NCBI GenBank assembly: GCA_050117895.1
Contig: JASFLX010000003.1
Location: 1-37,405 of the forward strand
Direction: 5' to 3'
From: Desulfobacterales bacterium
GTDB taxonomy: Bacteria; Desulfobacterota; Desulfobacteria; Desulfobacterales; UBA11574
Length of the DNA: 37,405 nucleotides
The notes under the pieces are model-generated. The model ran no database searches, was not told the origin of the DNA, and saw only the letters and a list, made by a program, of their open reading frames with translations. Of this stretch, positions 1 to 9,426 are shown in pieces. The position numbers and the translations under genes were made by a program. Positions within the stretch are counted from its first letter, which is position 1. Each line of letters opens with the position of its first letter.

Positions 1-132
1 TTAATATAAAATTTTATGCAAAACATGTCTATAAGATAAAAGGCTCATTTTTATAGGGAAAAATCCCGATCTCTAGGCAATTCCCCTATGCATTATTACA
101 AATGATTTCAATCTTTTATTTTAATTTTTTTG

Positions 133-160
133 TTGACATTTCCAGTTATAGAGGTAGAAA
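133..160 (+). promoter_or_regulatory. Possible sigma70 promoter for the phaEC operon
   Basis: TTGACA (133-138), 16-nt spacer, weak -10 TAGAAA (155-160), upstream of GAGGTG RBS and ATG 198. Confidence 0.3.
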
Positions 161-197
161 AAGACAAAAAGAATTATTGTCTTATAAAACGAGGTGA

Positions 198-1061
198 ATG
201 ATGACGGATAAAACACAGGAAAAGACAGGGCCGGAAACTTTTTTTGCGGACTGGATGAAGATGACCACGGAATTTTGGGGACCGATGTCTTGGATGTGGA
301 CCGCTTTCCATAAGACTTCTGGTAAAAGAACGGAATCATGGGATACCGCCCAAAAAACCTGGAAAGCATTTTCACAGGTTATGAGTGAACCGGAAACCAT
401 GGAAACCCTCTTGAAAGGAGCCGGTATGCTGCCGGAAATTTTTTTGAAAACAGTGCAAACCGGTTCGAAAACTTTCGTGAATTTTCAGAAGCAGTGGATG
501 GAACGTACCGGTAAGTTGCAGGAATCCACCAAAGCCTATAAATATGAAAATTTAAAGGAAGATGCATTCAAGGCGTGGAGCCAACTTTACGAACAAGAAT
601 TCAGAAAGTTTTTCAAAATTCCTCAATTGGGACTGACTCGATTGTATCAGGAAAAAATGATCCGGTCGATAGACAAATTTAACATTTATCAGGCCGCCGT
701 CTCTGAATTTTCTGGTCTTTTATTACTGCCCATGGAAAAATCATTTCAGGTCTTACAGGAAAAGCTGACAGAATTAGCGGATGAGGGAGAGCTTCCCGAA
801 GATTCAAAAAAATATTACCAGATGTGGATAAAAATACTGGAAGGCCATTACATGACGTTGTTCCAATCGTCCGAATACACACAGGCACTGAACAAGACTC
901 TTGATTCATTGTCGGAATTTTCGTCAGCAAAAAAAGAGATTCTCCAGGATTTTTTTAATATGTTTCCTGTTCCCACCCATAAAGAGATGGATGAACTATA
1001 TAAAGAAATTTACCTTTTAAAAAAGCGAATAAAAGAACTTGAAAAGAAAAATCCTGTTTAA
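198..1061 (+). CDS. phaE: Class III PHA synthase subunit PhaE
   Basis: 287 aa helical protein with PQLGLTRLYQE and C-terminal PVPTHKEMDELYKEIYLLKKRIKELE, both typical of PhaE; directly upstream of phaC. Confidence 0.9.
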   Translation: MMTDKTQEKTGPETFFADWMKMTTEFWGPMSWMWTAFHKTSGKRTESWDTAQKTWKAFSQVMSEPETMETLLKGAGMLPEIFLKTVQTGSKTFVNFQKQWMERTGKLQESTKAYKYENLKEDAFKAWSQLYEQEFRKFFKIPQLGLTRLYQEKMIRSIDKFNIYQAAVSEFSGLLLLPMEKSFQVLQEKLTELADEGELPEDSKKYYQMWIKILEGHYMTLFQSSEYTQALNKTLDSLSEFSSAKKEILQDFFNMFPVPTHKEMDELYKEIYLLKKRIKELEKKNPV

Positions 1062-1145
1062 TCTAATTTTGTTACATTAAAATAGCATAAAAAATGATTC
1101 CGAATTCAAGAATCCAAAATTTAAAATTGAATGGGGAGTAATTTT

Positions 1146-2327
1146 ATGACTCAATCCAAAATAGCCGTTGATCTGATTCTTTCAAAGCTGGCCGAAGAGG
1201 CGGAAAAGGCCCGGACGCGTGCTGAGAAGGCCTCGGAAGTATTGCTCGGGCCTCTTGAAACAGAAATTGCCACCACGCCGTGTGATGTCGTTTATGAAGA
1301 AGACCGGATAAAACTGAAACATTATAAGCCGGCAACCAAAATTCAGCTTAAAAGACCGCTTCTTTTGGTTTATGCTCTGATCAACCGGGAAACAATGCTT
1401 GACCTCCAGCCGGGTAAAAGCGTTGTGCAAAATTTTTTGCAGGAAGGTATAGACCTTTATATGATCGACTGGGGCTACCCCACTCGAAAAGACAGGTATC
1501 TTACCATTGATGATCATGTTAACGGGTATATAGACAACGCTGTCGATTTTATCCTCAAAAAACACAATCTGGACAAAATCAACCTGATGGGAATTTGCAT
1601 GGGCGGCACCTTTTGTGTCATTTATTCGGCCCTTCATCCTGAAAAGGTTCAAAACCTGGTGACAACGGTCACGCCGACCCATTTCGATACGGATCAGGGG
1701 CTTTTGCATATCTGGATGAAGGATATGGATGCGGATCAGATTGTGGACACTTATGGCAATATCCCCGGAGATATAATGAATTTAGGGTTTTTACTCCTTA
1801 ATCCTGCCCGGCTGATGATCGACAAATACGTAGGGTTTTTAGAAAACATGGACAATAAAAAATTCGTGGAAAATTTTGTCCGCATGGAAAAATGGATCTT
1901 TGACAGCCCGGATGTGCCGGGGGAGACATTCCGGCAATTTGTCCGGGATTGTTACCAAAAGAACCTGCTCATCCAGAGCAAGATGGAAATTGGCGGACAC
2001 CGTGTGGATCTCAAGAAAATCACCATGCCCCTTTTGAACTATTACGGCAAATACGACCATCTTGTACCCCCGGAAGCCTGCGAGCCCCTTACAAGCAAAG
2101 TAGGCAGCAAAGATACCGAAAATGTCTGTCTTAATACGGGCCATATCGGTATTTACGTGAGTTCCAAGTGCCAAAAAGAATTTGTGCCCAGGATCGCCCA
2201 GTGGCTCAAGCAAAGGGCGGCAGATAAAAAGAAGCGCAACACAAGAAAAGCGTCCCGGAAAAAAAGTGTTGCAAAAAAGACGGCGACCCAAACCAAACCG
2301 GCATTGAAAACTAAAAAGAGGAAATAA
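1146..2327 (+). CDS. phaC: Class III PHA synthase subunit PhaC with basic C-terminal tail
   Basis: PLLLVYALINR, DLQPGKS, IDWGYP, lipase box GICMGG, Asp in KYDHLV, His in TGHIG; start moved to ATG 1146 after GGGGAG RBS. Confidence 0.95.
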   Translation: MTQSKIAVDLILSKLAEEAEKARTRAEKASEVLLGPLETEIATTPCDVVYEEDRIKLKHYKPATKIQLKRPLLLVYALINRETMLDLQPGKSVVQNFLQEGIDLYMIDWGYPTRKDRYLTIDDHVNGYIDNAVDFILKKHNLDKINLMGICMGGTFCVIYSALHPEKVQNLVTTVTPTHFDTDQGLLHIWMKDMDADQIVDTYGNIPGDIMNLGFLLLNPARLMIDKYVGFLENMDNKKFVENFVRMEKWIFDSPDVPGETFRQFVRDCYQKNLLIQSKMEIGGHRVDLKKITMPLLNYYGKYDHLVPPEACEPLTSKVGSKDTENVCLNTGHIGIYVSSKCQKEFVPRIAQWLKQRAADKKKRNTRKASRKKSVAKKTATQTKPALKTKKRK

Positions 2328-2337
2328 GGAATTTCAA

Positions 2338-2766
2338 ATGATCGGGAAAACTATCCTTGAGATTAAAATAGGAGACACCGCTGAATTTGCCAAAACGGTT
2401 ACAGAATCTGACATTTACCTGTACGCCGGTGTGACCGGCGATTTCAACCCGGCTCATATCAACGAAGATTATGCCAAAAAGACTTTTTTCAAGACGCGTA
2501 TCGCTCACGGAATGCTTTCCGCAGGTTTCATTTCCACGGTCATAGGAAATAAACTCCCCGGCACTGGAACCATTTATGTTACACAGAATTTGAGTTTTCT
2601 AGCTCCGGTGAGGATTGGCGATACTATTACTGCCAAGGTAGAAGTGGTTGATATTATTGATGATAAAAATCGGATACGGCTAAAGACCACCTGTTTCAAC
2701 CAGGAAGGTACCCAAGTGCTGAACGGGGAGGCTGTCGTCAGTCCGCCAAAGCCGCCAAAGTATTAA
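2338..2766 (+). CDS. phaJ: MaoC-family (R)-specific enoyl-CoA hydratase
   Basis: Hydratase motif GDFNPAH...IAHGML, FLAPVRIGD; adjacent to phaC. Confidence 0.85.
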   Translation: MIGKTILEIKIGDTAEFAKTVTESDIYLYAGVTGDFNPAHINEDYAKKTFFKTRIAHGMLSAGFISTVIGNKLPGTGTIYVTQNLSFLAPVRIGDTITAKVEVVDIIDDKNRIRLKTTCFNQEGTQVLNGEAVVSPPKPPKY

Positions 2767-2853
2767 ACAGTATAATTTCAATACGTTGAATTTAGGGCTT
2801 CGTCCCAATTGAAATGCTGGAATATTAAGAAATTTTCAAGTCGAGGAGAGAAT

Positions 2854-3408
2854 ATGCTGGAAGAATACCCCAAAGAGATCACCTTGCCGGACGGTTTTAT
2901 TTGTATCCTGAGGCCAATGACCCGGGACGATCAAGATGCTCTTTACAGGTTTTTCATTTCGCTTCCTGAAGAGGACAGAAGATATTTGAGAAACGATGCG
3001 ACAAACAGAATTCTTATCGAAAAATGGTGCCGTGATTTAAACTACGATAGAGTTTTGCCGATACTGGCAGAACACGAAAACAGGATACTTGCAAACGCAA
3101 CCCTTCACAGGGAGACATTTGGGTGGGGTATGCATATCGGCGAAATCAGAATCACCGTTGCCGCAGATTTTCAACAGCGTGGTCTGGGCTCTCTTCTTTT
3201 GGAAGAGCTCTCAAAACTGGCTCTTGGGTACAATCTGGAGAAACTCTGCGCAAAGATTGTTGCCTCCCGGACCTACGTGACCAGGGCTTTTGAAAAAAAT
3301 GCTTTTGTCCTGGAAGCGACTTTGAAAAACTTTGTAAAAATACTCTATGGTAAAAACTATGAAGACATTGCCGTTCTTGTAAAGGATTTAAACCAATCGT
3401 TAGTATAG
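2854..3408 (+). CDS. GNAT-family acetyltransferase resembling the GNAT domain of Pat-type protein acetyltransferases
   Basis: Motif A VAADFQQRGLG; N-terminal ITLPDG..ILRPMT; ATG 2854 follows GAGGAG. Confidence 0.8.
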   Translation: MLEEYPKEITLPDGFICILRPMTRDDQDALYRFFISLPEEDRRYLRNDATNRILIEKWCRDLNYDRVLPILAEHENRILANATLHRETFGWGMHIGEIRITVAADFQQRGLGSLLLEELSKLALGYNLEKLCAKIVASRTYVTRAFEKNAFVLEATLKNFVKILYGKNYEDIAVLVKDLNQSLV

Positions 3409-3555
3409 TGTCCATCCATAAATGAGAATTTTTGTTCAAGATCAAGGCATGTGAAAAAAATAACCGCAGGCATATGTTTAATATTCCGAGGATTATTTTT
3501 TGAACATAACGCAGAGATTGGGCAAAAAGACCATTTATGGATGGACACTAGTATA
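3401..3555. mobile_element. Non-autonomous hairpin element (MITE/REPIN-like), copy 1; body 3408-3548, flanked by 7-bp direct repeat TAGTATA
   Basis: 17-bp terminal inverted repeat GTGTCCATCCATAAATG/CATTTATGGATGGACAC, internal palindromic arms, TAGTATA at 3401-3407 and 3549-3555, second copy at 10544-10684. Confidence 0.85.
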
Positions 3556-3577
3556 GGTTATAAATAAAGGAGATGTT

Positions 3578-4771
3578 ATGCGTGAAGTGGTGATCGCAAG
3601 TGCTGTTCGTACGGCCGTGGGTTCGTTTGGGGGTACGTTGAAAAATGTAACCGCTGTTGAGTTGGGAAGCATTGTCATAAAGGAAGCCCTAACCAGAGCC
3701 AAGATTCTACCGGAAAAGATTGATGAGGTGATCATGGGTAATGTCCTGCAGGCTGGATTGGGTCAAAATCCGGCACGACAGGCCGCTAAAAGGGCGGGAA
3801 TAAGCCAATACATCCCTTCGACCACCGTTAACAAGGTGTGCGGATCGGGCATGAAAACAGTGATCATGGCTGCCCAGGCCATAAAATCCGGGGATGCGGA
3901 TATCATTGTGGCCGGGGGCATGGAGAATATGAGCGAGGCCCCTTTCGTACTGCCCCATAGCAGATGGGGTCATAGAATGGGACATGATCAGGTCATTGAT
4001 GTCATGATCCAGGACGGGCTGTGGTGCTCTTTTGGGGATACCCATATGGGTATTACCGCCGAAAACATTGCGGAAAAGTTCGGAATTAGCAGAAAAGAAC
4101 AGGACGAGTTTGCTGCCCTAAGTCAGCAAAAAGCGGAAGCAGCTATCACTTCCGGCCGTTTTAAGGACGAAATTATCCCGGTTCAAGTCCCCCAAAGAAG
4201 AGGAGATCCAATCGTTTTCGATACCGATGAATTTCCCAGATTCGGCACAACTCTGGAAAAATTGAGCAAACTTAAGCCGGCGTTCCGCAAAGACGGAACC
4301 ACCACTGCGGGAAACAGCTCAGGGATAAACGACGGCGCTGCGGCTCTTATAATTATGAGCGCTGACAAAGCCTTCAAGATGGGTATACGGCCAATGGCCA
4401 AGATTATAGGGTATGATTACCAGGGGTGCGAACCGGAGCTCATGGGTACGGGTCCTATTTATGCGGTGCGAAGCGCCATTAATAAGGTTAGAGAGGAACT
4501 GGGCAAGAACATCGACCTTGTAGAGCTCAACGAAGCCTTTGCCGCCCAGTCTATCGCATGCTTGAAAGACTTGAATCTGGACCCGGAAATTGTCAACGTC
4601 AACGGCGGTGCCATTGCCCTGGGGCACCCCATCGGATGCAGCGGCGCCAGGGTATTAACAACGTTACTCTATGAAATGGAAAAGAGGGATGCCAAAGTGG
4701 GATTGGCCGCTCTTTGCATTGGCGGAGGAATGGGAATTGCCACTATCGTTGAACGGGAATGGTACTATTGA
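3578..4771 (+). CDS. phaA: Acetyl-CoA C-acetyltransferase (beta-ketothiolase)
   Basis: NKVCGSG, NEAF, GHPIG and CIGGG thiolase motifs; PHA locus context. Confidence 0.9.
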   Translation: MREVVIASAVRTAVGSFGGTLKNVTAVELGSIVIKEALTRAKILPEKIDEVIMGNVLQAGLGQNPARQAAKRAGISQYIPSTTVNKVCGSGMKTVIMAAQAIKSGDADIIVAGGMENMSEAPFVLPHSRWGHRMGHDQVIDVMIQDGLWCSFGDTHMGITAENIAEKFGISRKEQDEFAALSQQKAEAAITSGRFKDEIIPVQVPQRRGDPIVFDTDEFPRFGTTLEKLSKLKPAFRKDGTTTAGNSSGINDGAAALIIMSADKAFKMGIRPMAKIIGYDYQGCEPELMGTGPIYAVRSAINKVREELGKNIDLVELNEAFAAQSIACLKDLNLDPEIVNVNGGAIALGHPIGCSGARVLTTLLYEMEKRDAKVGLAALCIGGGMGIATIVEREWYY

Positions 4772-4852
4772 GGCCCTATTGTAACCCATGACAATACCAA
4801 AATAATGCGATCTTTTCACCTGATTTTATGAACAGAAAGGGGGCAACAGCAT

Positions 4853-5398
4853 ATGATCCTTTATCAATACCCCAAATCAGAAAATCTAAAAGATGAAAGT
4901 CCTATTACGATCAGGCCGCTGAGAAAAGAAGACGAGAAAATTCTTCATGAGTATTTCTTGAGACTTCCACCAGAGGATCGGATGTGCCTCAGAGACGATG
5001 TTACCGATCCCAAAGTCATCGAAAACTGGATCTACAACCTTGACTACGATGTTGTACTTCCGCTTGTTGCCCTGGATGCTGACCATATTGTGGCCAACGG
5101 CACTCTGGAATTCGATCCCGTGGGCTGGACCAAACACCAGGGAGAAATTCGCATCACGTGCGACCCGAAATACAGAAAAAAGGGTTTGGCAACGATTCTC
5201 ATCGAAAATCTGATGCAGATCGCTGTGGATTTTGGTTTGGAACAACTCACAGCCGAGTTAGCTCCGGCCCTGGATGAAGCTTACTTTCTGTTTGAAAAAC
5301 TGGGGTTTAAGGAGGCTGCTGTTCTCAAAGATTTTATCAAGGATCTTAAGGAAAATTATCAGGATCTGGTCCTGATGGTCAAGAACATTTCGCCATAA
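4853..5398 (+). CDS. GNAT-family acetyltransferase, paralog of 2854-3408
   Basis: YRKKGLA motif A; shares LPxEDRxxLRxD, LxYDxVLP, GW, GEIRIT with the upstream GNAT. Confidence 0.8.
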   Translation: MILYQYPKSENLKDESPITIRPLRKEDEKILHEYFLRLPPEDRMCLRDDVTDPKVIENWIYNLDYDVVLPLVALDADHIVANGTLEFDPVGWTKHQGEIRITCDPKYRKKGLATILIENLMQIAVDFGLEQLTAELAPALDEAYFLFEKLGFKEAAVLKDFIKDLKENYQDLVLMVKNISP

Positions 5399-5406
5399 CG
5401 GAAATT

Positions 5407-6201
5407 CTATCCCTTGGATCCCAGACGCAGTCCGCCGTGGATATAAAAAACATCTCCGGCCAGGGCCTCGTTGCGATAGATATCTCCAACAAAAGCAGCG
5501 ACTTCTTCCGGCTCAACCAGACGTCCGATGGGCACCTGTTCTATAATCTTATCCAGGACTTTCTGATTCATTCCTTTTACCATGGGAGTTCCCACATAGC
5601 CCGGTGCAATGGCCACGCAACGGATCTTATCTGCCAGGCCGCGCCGGAAAAACTCGGCAGTGATTACTTTTGGCATAACCGACATCGCAGCCTTGCTGGA
5701 GGAATAATTGATCTGTCCCGCTGTTCCCAGAGAACCGGTGGAAGATACCAAACAGATCAATCCCTTGCAGTTATGATTGATCATGCGTTCAACGCATTCC
5801 CGCACGGTTAAAAACACACCGGTCAGGTTGATATCAATAACCGTTTGAAATTGCTCCAGAGACATTTTTCTGTTAACCTTTCCGGTTTCTCTGTCCGTGG
5901 ACAACATCAGTCCATCCTTAATAATCCCGGCAAAAGGGGCAACTAGATTGATCTGCCCGAATTTTTCAATTGCGGTATCAGCCAGTTTGGCACAATCATC
6001 TTCATTGGTAACATTACAGACCACTGAAGTAACTTCACCATGTAACTCTTTAATTTCAGCCTCGGCCTGCTCCAGAAATTTTTCAGCCACATCCGCGATA
6101 ACCACCTTGCCGCCGTTTTGCACCCAGTATTTGGCAACTGCCAGACCGATGCCGCCGCCGCCGCCGGTAATAACCGCAACGGATTCCTTAATGTTCAGCA
6201 T
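5407..6201 (-). CDS. Classical SDR, 3-oxoacyl/acetoacetyl-CoA reductase-like (FabG/PhaB-like)
   Basis: TGGGGGIG, NLTG, YSSSK catalytic motif, IAPGYVGT; start at ATG 6201 after GAGAGG. Confidence 0.8.
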   Translation of the reverse strand: MLNIKESVAVITGGGGGIGLAVAKYWVQNGGKVVIADVAEKFLEQAEAEIKELHGEVTSVVCNVTNEDDCAKLADTAIEKFGQINLVAPFAGIIKDGLMLSTDRETGKVNRKMSLEQFQTVIDINLTGVFLTVRECVERMINHNCKGLICLVSSTGSLGTAGQINYSSSKAAMSVMPKVITAEFFRRGLADKIRCVAIAPGYVGTPMVKGMNQKVLDKIIEQVPIGRLVEPEEVAAFVGDIYRNEALAGDVFYIHGGLRLGSKG

Positions 6202-6278
6202 ATTTTTCCTCTCTTTTATCACCATCTATAAGGAATGGATTTCTAAACGGTTCGTTTTTCTTAGTTTTTATGATACTG

Positions 6279-6767
6279 TCATGATTGATTTTTATTTTTT
6301 TTAAAAAATCTGCTCAGCGTCTCCATTGTTTCCTGAAACTGTTGGCTCTGCTTTTCTATTATTTCCTGAAATCCTTGAACCAATTCCCCCTGTGTCTCAA
6401 CATTTTTTTCTTCCAAAAGCACCCGCAGGTGTTTTATGGTTTCCTCCTGAGCGGCAAATTTTTCTTTGAGGTCCTCATATTTTTTGACCAGAGCCAGGTG
6501 CTCGTCTTTTGGTACCACACCCATCAGGCGCAGATAATCTTTAAAAGACTTTTGGAAATTTTCTGATGCCTTTTTCCAGGTTTCCATATAGGCTGGTGTG
6601 TCTTTCTCCATATGTTCCAGGCCGTAGAATTTATTGAACATACCCGTAAGTTCATCAAAACCTTCAAAACTCTGCTGCATCCATTTTGACATGTCTTCCA
6701 TTTGTTTCTGCCCTTTTGCGGCATTGATCAGAAAATTTCCCCAAAATTCCAGAAAATGTCTGTCCAT
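6279..6767 (-). CDS. Hypothetical helical/coiled-coil protein, weakly PhaE-like
   Basis: 162 aa from ATG 6767 after GAGGAG; paralog of 6850-7485; LMGVVPKDEH followed by coiled coil resembles the PhaE C-terminal PVPTHKEMD segment. Confidence 0.7.
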   Translation of the reverse strand: MDRHFLEFWGNFLINAAKGQKQMEDMSKWMQQSFEGFDELTGMFNKFYGLEHMEKDTPAYMETWKKASENFQKSFKDYLRLMGVVPKDEHLALVKKYEDLKEKFAAQEETIKHLRVLLEEKNVETQGELVQGFQEIIEKQSQQFQETMETLSRFFKKNKNQS

Positions 6768-6849
6768 GAAATCTTTCTCCTCACACACCTGATAACAGAG
6801 ACGGGAAAGAAAAATCGGCCGTCTTCCATCCTTCCCTGCTTAGGACATT

Positions 6850-7485
6850 TTAACTACTTGCCTGGCTTTGAAGTTGTTTTATAGACTTTATCTGACCGGC
6901 AATCTCTTTTTCCAAGTCGGCAACCCGTTTTTTTTGATTAGCAATCTCTTTGTTTTGATCAGCGATTATCTTTTTCTGATCGGAGATCTCTTTTTTTAGG
7001 TCTGTAGCAAGCTTTTTCTGATACACAACCAACATCTTTTGTTCAGATATCTCTTTTTTCAGTTCGACAACCAGCTTTTTTTGATCAACAATTTCCTTTT
7101 TCTGGTCTGTGATCATTTTCTCTTTATCAGCAACTATTTTCACCTGTTTAGATATCTCTTTTATCTTATCAGCAACACTTTCATCCATCTTATTGTATTT
7201 ATTTGCTAATTCCAGATACTCATCCTTGGGTACCAAACCCACCAAGTCCAAGTAATACTTGAAGAACTTCTGAAAGTCTTCTGTTGTCATTTCCCAGGTT
7301 TTTATATAGTCGCAAGGCTCTTTGGACCAAAAATCCATACTGCAAAATGTTCTGAACATCTCTGGAACTTCCTCAAAATCACTTAACCCTTGCATAATCA
7401 ATTTTGTCATGTCTTGCATCTGTTTTTGTCCTTTTTCTACGGTAATTAATTGATTTTTCCAGAATTCGTAAAAATATTCTTCCAT
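6850..7485 (-). CDS. Hypothetical protein, paralog of 6279-6767 with heptad-repeat tail
   Basis: AAGGAG RBS next to the upstream stop and ATG 7485 (211 aa); shares EFWxN, KGQKQM, TW, VPKDE with the downstream paralog. Confidence 0.75.
   Translation of the reverse strand: MEEYFYEFWKNQLITVEKGQKQMQDMTKLIMQGLSDFEEVPEMFRTFCSMDFWSKEPCDYIKTWEMTTEDFQKFFKYYLDLVGLVPKDEYLELANKYNKMDESVADKIKEISKQVKIVADKEKMITDQKKEIVDQKKLVVELKKEISEQKMLVVYQKKLATDLKKEISDQKKIIADQNKEIANQKKRVADLEKEIAGQIKSIKQLQSQASS
6862..7176 (-). repeat. About 15 degenerate in-frame 21-bp (7-aa) repeats, consensus [IV]xDQKK[EL]
   Basis: ITDQKKE IVDQKKL VVELKKE ISEQKML VVYQKKL ATDLKKE ISDQKKI IADQNKE IANQKKR VADLEKE. Confidence 0.85.
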
Positions 7486-7498
7486 AAGACTGTTCTCC

Positions 7499-9043
7499 TT
7501 ATAAGCTGTCTTCCAAATCCAGCTGAAACCGTACAGGTCCCCGATAGTTTTTGTCTCCAAAACGGGTATGAAGCGCACATGCGGATGTTGGATTGGACCA
7601 TGAAGTAGCAATGGCCACATGACCTTTTGGGAAAGGGGTCACTTCAACATCGATATAATCAAGAGGTGCGAGAGCCGTTTCTTTCTCAACCAGATCATCA
7701 CTTTCACCGTAGCAGATAAGCCATTTAATTCCCTTTTCCTGCAATCGTTTTAAATTAAGCTTTTTTCCAAAAAGGGTTACCGGAAACGTTCCGTTTTTGT
7801 TAATCGGGATGTTATAGGAAACAAAACTCATATGGGTAATCTCTATGGGAAGATCATTACGTTCATTGCTCATCCAGTAATTAATTGCAGCCGCCGTCTT
7901 GCTGATTTTCACATCTTTACCCCCCTGTCGGCCAAACATCATCAAATCTCTGTAAAAAGTGGCAACCGGTGATTCATCCCCTATGCTTTTGAGCTTATAG
8001 ATCCATCCCATAAGTTTGCCGTCCACAACTTTGTTTCCATTGGGCAAGGTTTTGGTTCCGTAAGCCAGATCATAAAATCGCTGGGGCAGGCTATCAAAAA
8101 AATTCGCCAGCCCCCTGCTTTTGGTTCCATCTATGGGAGCGACACAGGTGATCAGAGCATCAACCAGTCCGTCCAGCTCACCGGAAAGGAGATTGCAAAC
8201 AGCAAAAAAACCCCCCTGACAGTAACCGTTCAACGTTACGGGTTTTCCATGTCTTTTTTGCACCGTCTCACAGAACAAGCGGGTATCACGGGCATCATCT
8301 TCACCGGTCATGACCTGAATCGCCTCAGTCGTATTGATATCCTTGAGGATTCTAATATAGGTGGGAATCCCCTGGTTTGCAAAACAATGGGTGTAACTCT
8401 TATTTTCATAGGGTAAAAAGGCCAGAATATTGGCTCCCAGAACATAGGGAGGAAGAATTAGGACCGGTTTGCCGTTTTTATTGACTTTAACCTTTTTATC
8501 CGTCGGAAGGATTTGATAAAGAATGAACCGTTCTGTTTCAGTAACCTTTTTATTGTCATCCCGTTCAAAATGGAACCCATATTCCGGTTCAATATTTTGG
8601 ATGGCCTGTGGATACCTGTTGGCCATCACGTCCATCATTTTCGTCTGTCGTTCTAAAAAGGCTTCTAAATCTTCACCATCTGCACAAAAAAGCGTGTTGA
8701 ACATGGCGGCAATAGCGTTTTCCATTTCCATCTTTCCTGAAATATTTATCGCTTGCATGCCACCGCTAATACCTTTGCTTATAAGGTCAAGATTAAACGC
8801 CAAAAGATCCATATAGGATTGAACCGTCTCCAGGGGCGAAGTGCTCCAAAGTTTGTTTTTTTCCACATTATTGAAATAGCTTATAGCAATCAAATAGGGG
8901 AGCATAAAATCATTGGCGTACTTGGACATAGCACTCAGGTAATTTTGTGAGGCACTAATGAGGTGAGAGAATGCAGAAACGTTTTTGCGAAATATCTTGT
9001 TAAGAAATTCAGGATCATTCGGGCTGTTCTTCACCTTAACCAT
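7499..9043 (-). CDS. Atypical PHA synthase/depolymerase-like alpha/beta hydrolase with Cys nucleophile
   Basis: PVLILPPYV, lipase box GYCQGG, LITCVAPID, Asp in GESDDLV, His in KGHVA, in the same order as in PhaC. Confidence 0.7.
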   Translation of the reverse strand: MVKVKNSPNDPEFLNKIFRKNVSAFSHLISASQNYLSAMSKYANDFMLPYLIAISYFNNVEKNKLWSTSPLETVQSYMDLLAFNLDLISKGISGGMQAINISGKMEMENAIAAMFNTLFCADGEDLEAFLERQTKMMDVMANRYPQAIQNIEPEYGFHFERDDNKKVTETERFILYQILPTDKKVKVNKNGKPVLILPPYVLGANILAFLPYENKSYTHCFANQGIPTYIRILKDINTTEAIQVMTGEDDARDTRLFCETVQKRHGKPVTLNGYCQGGFFAVCNLLSGELDGLVDALITCVAPIDGTKSRGLANFFDSLPQRFYDLAYGTKTLPNGNKVVDGKLMGWIYKLKSIGDESPVATFYRDLMMFGRQGGKDVKISKTAAAINYWMSNERNDLPIEITHMSFVSYNIPINKNGTFPVTLFGKKLNLKRLQEKGIKWLICYGESDDLVEKETALAPLDYIDVEVTPFPKGHVAIATSWSNPTSACALHTRFGDKNYRGPVRFQLDLEDSL

Positions 9044-9077
9044 ATCTGTTTACCCCTCCCCGTAATTTAAAACATTA

Positions 9078-9128
9078 TGTGGCTCATAGCCATACCCCGA
9101 AGTTCCTACAGGCTGGCCATGAACCACA
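9078..9128 (-). terminator. Intercistronic hairpin (attenuator or mRNA stabiliser) after the phasin-like genes
   Basis: 15-bp stem 9078-9092/9114-9128 that is fully paired only on the - strand (two G-U); no strong U tract. Confidence 0.55.
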
Positions 9129-9142
9129 CTTAAAACTTGGCT

Positions 9143-9409
9143 TTATTTGCTAAAACCGGTAAAACATTTTTCCAGATTTTGATAATTTTGGTCAACTATC
9201 TTTTTGAAATCATCACAACCTTTTTTATAGCTCTTCATCCACTCAGTTATGGCTTTTTTCCCCTGCTCGGGCATCCATGTTGCTTGATCTAAAAGAGAGT
9301 TTGCCATTTTTTCGTTCTGCTCCCTAAACATGGTCATTGTGTTATAGCCGTTGTCAAAGGCGGTTTTATTGAATTGAGCCATCTGCTTAAAAATTTGATA
9401 TTGTTCCAT
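9143..9409 (-). CDS. Small helical phasin-like protein B
   Basis: 88 aa amphipathic helical protein, about half identical without gaps to 9427-9711; GGAG RBS; divergent from phaR. Confidence 0.65.
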   Translation of the reverse strand: MEQYQIFKQMAQFNKTAFDNGYNTMTMFREQNEKMANSLLDQATWMPEQGKKAITEWMKSYKKGCDDFKKIVDQNYQNLEKCFTGFSK

Positions 9410-9426
9410 TACGTTATCTCCTTACC

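Noticed and set aside
2790-2826. TAGGGCTTCGTCCCAATTGAAATGCTGGAATA, possible remnant of a dispersed repeat
   Set aside because: Single short copy in the window; cannot be supported without a genome search
6862-7176. CRISPR-like or non-coding tandem repeat
   Set aside because: Repeats are degenerate, in frame and lack spacers; they encode a coiled coil
7486-7620. 45-aa N-terminal extension of the 256-aa ORF
   Set aside because: Overlaps the upstream gene; RBS and paralog alignment support ATG 7485
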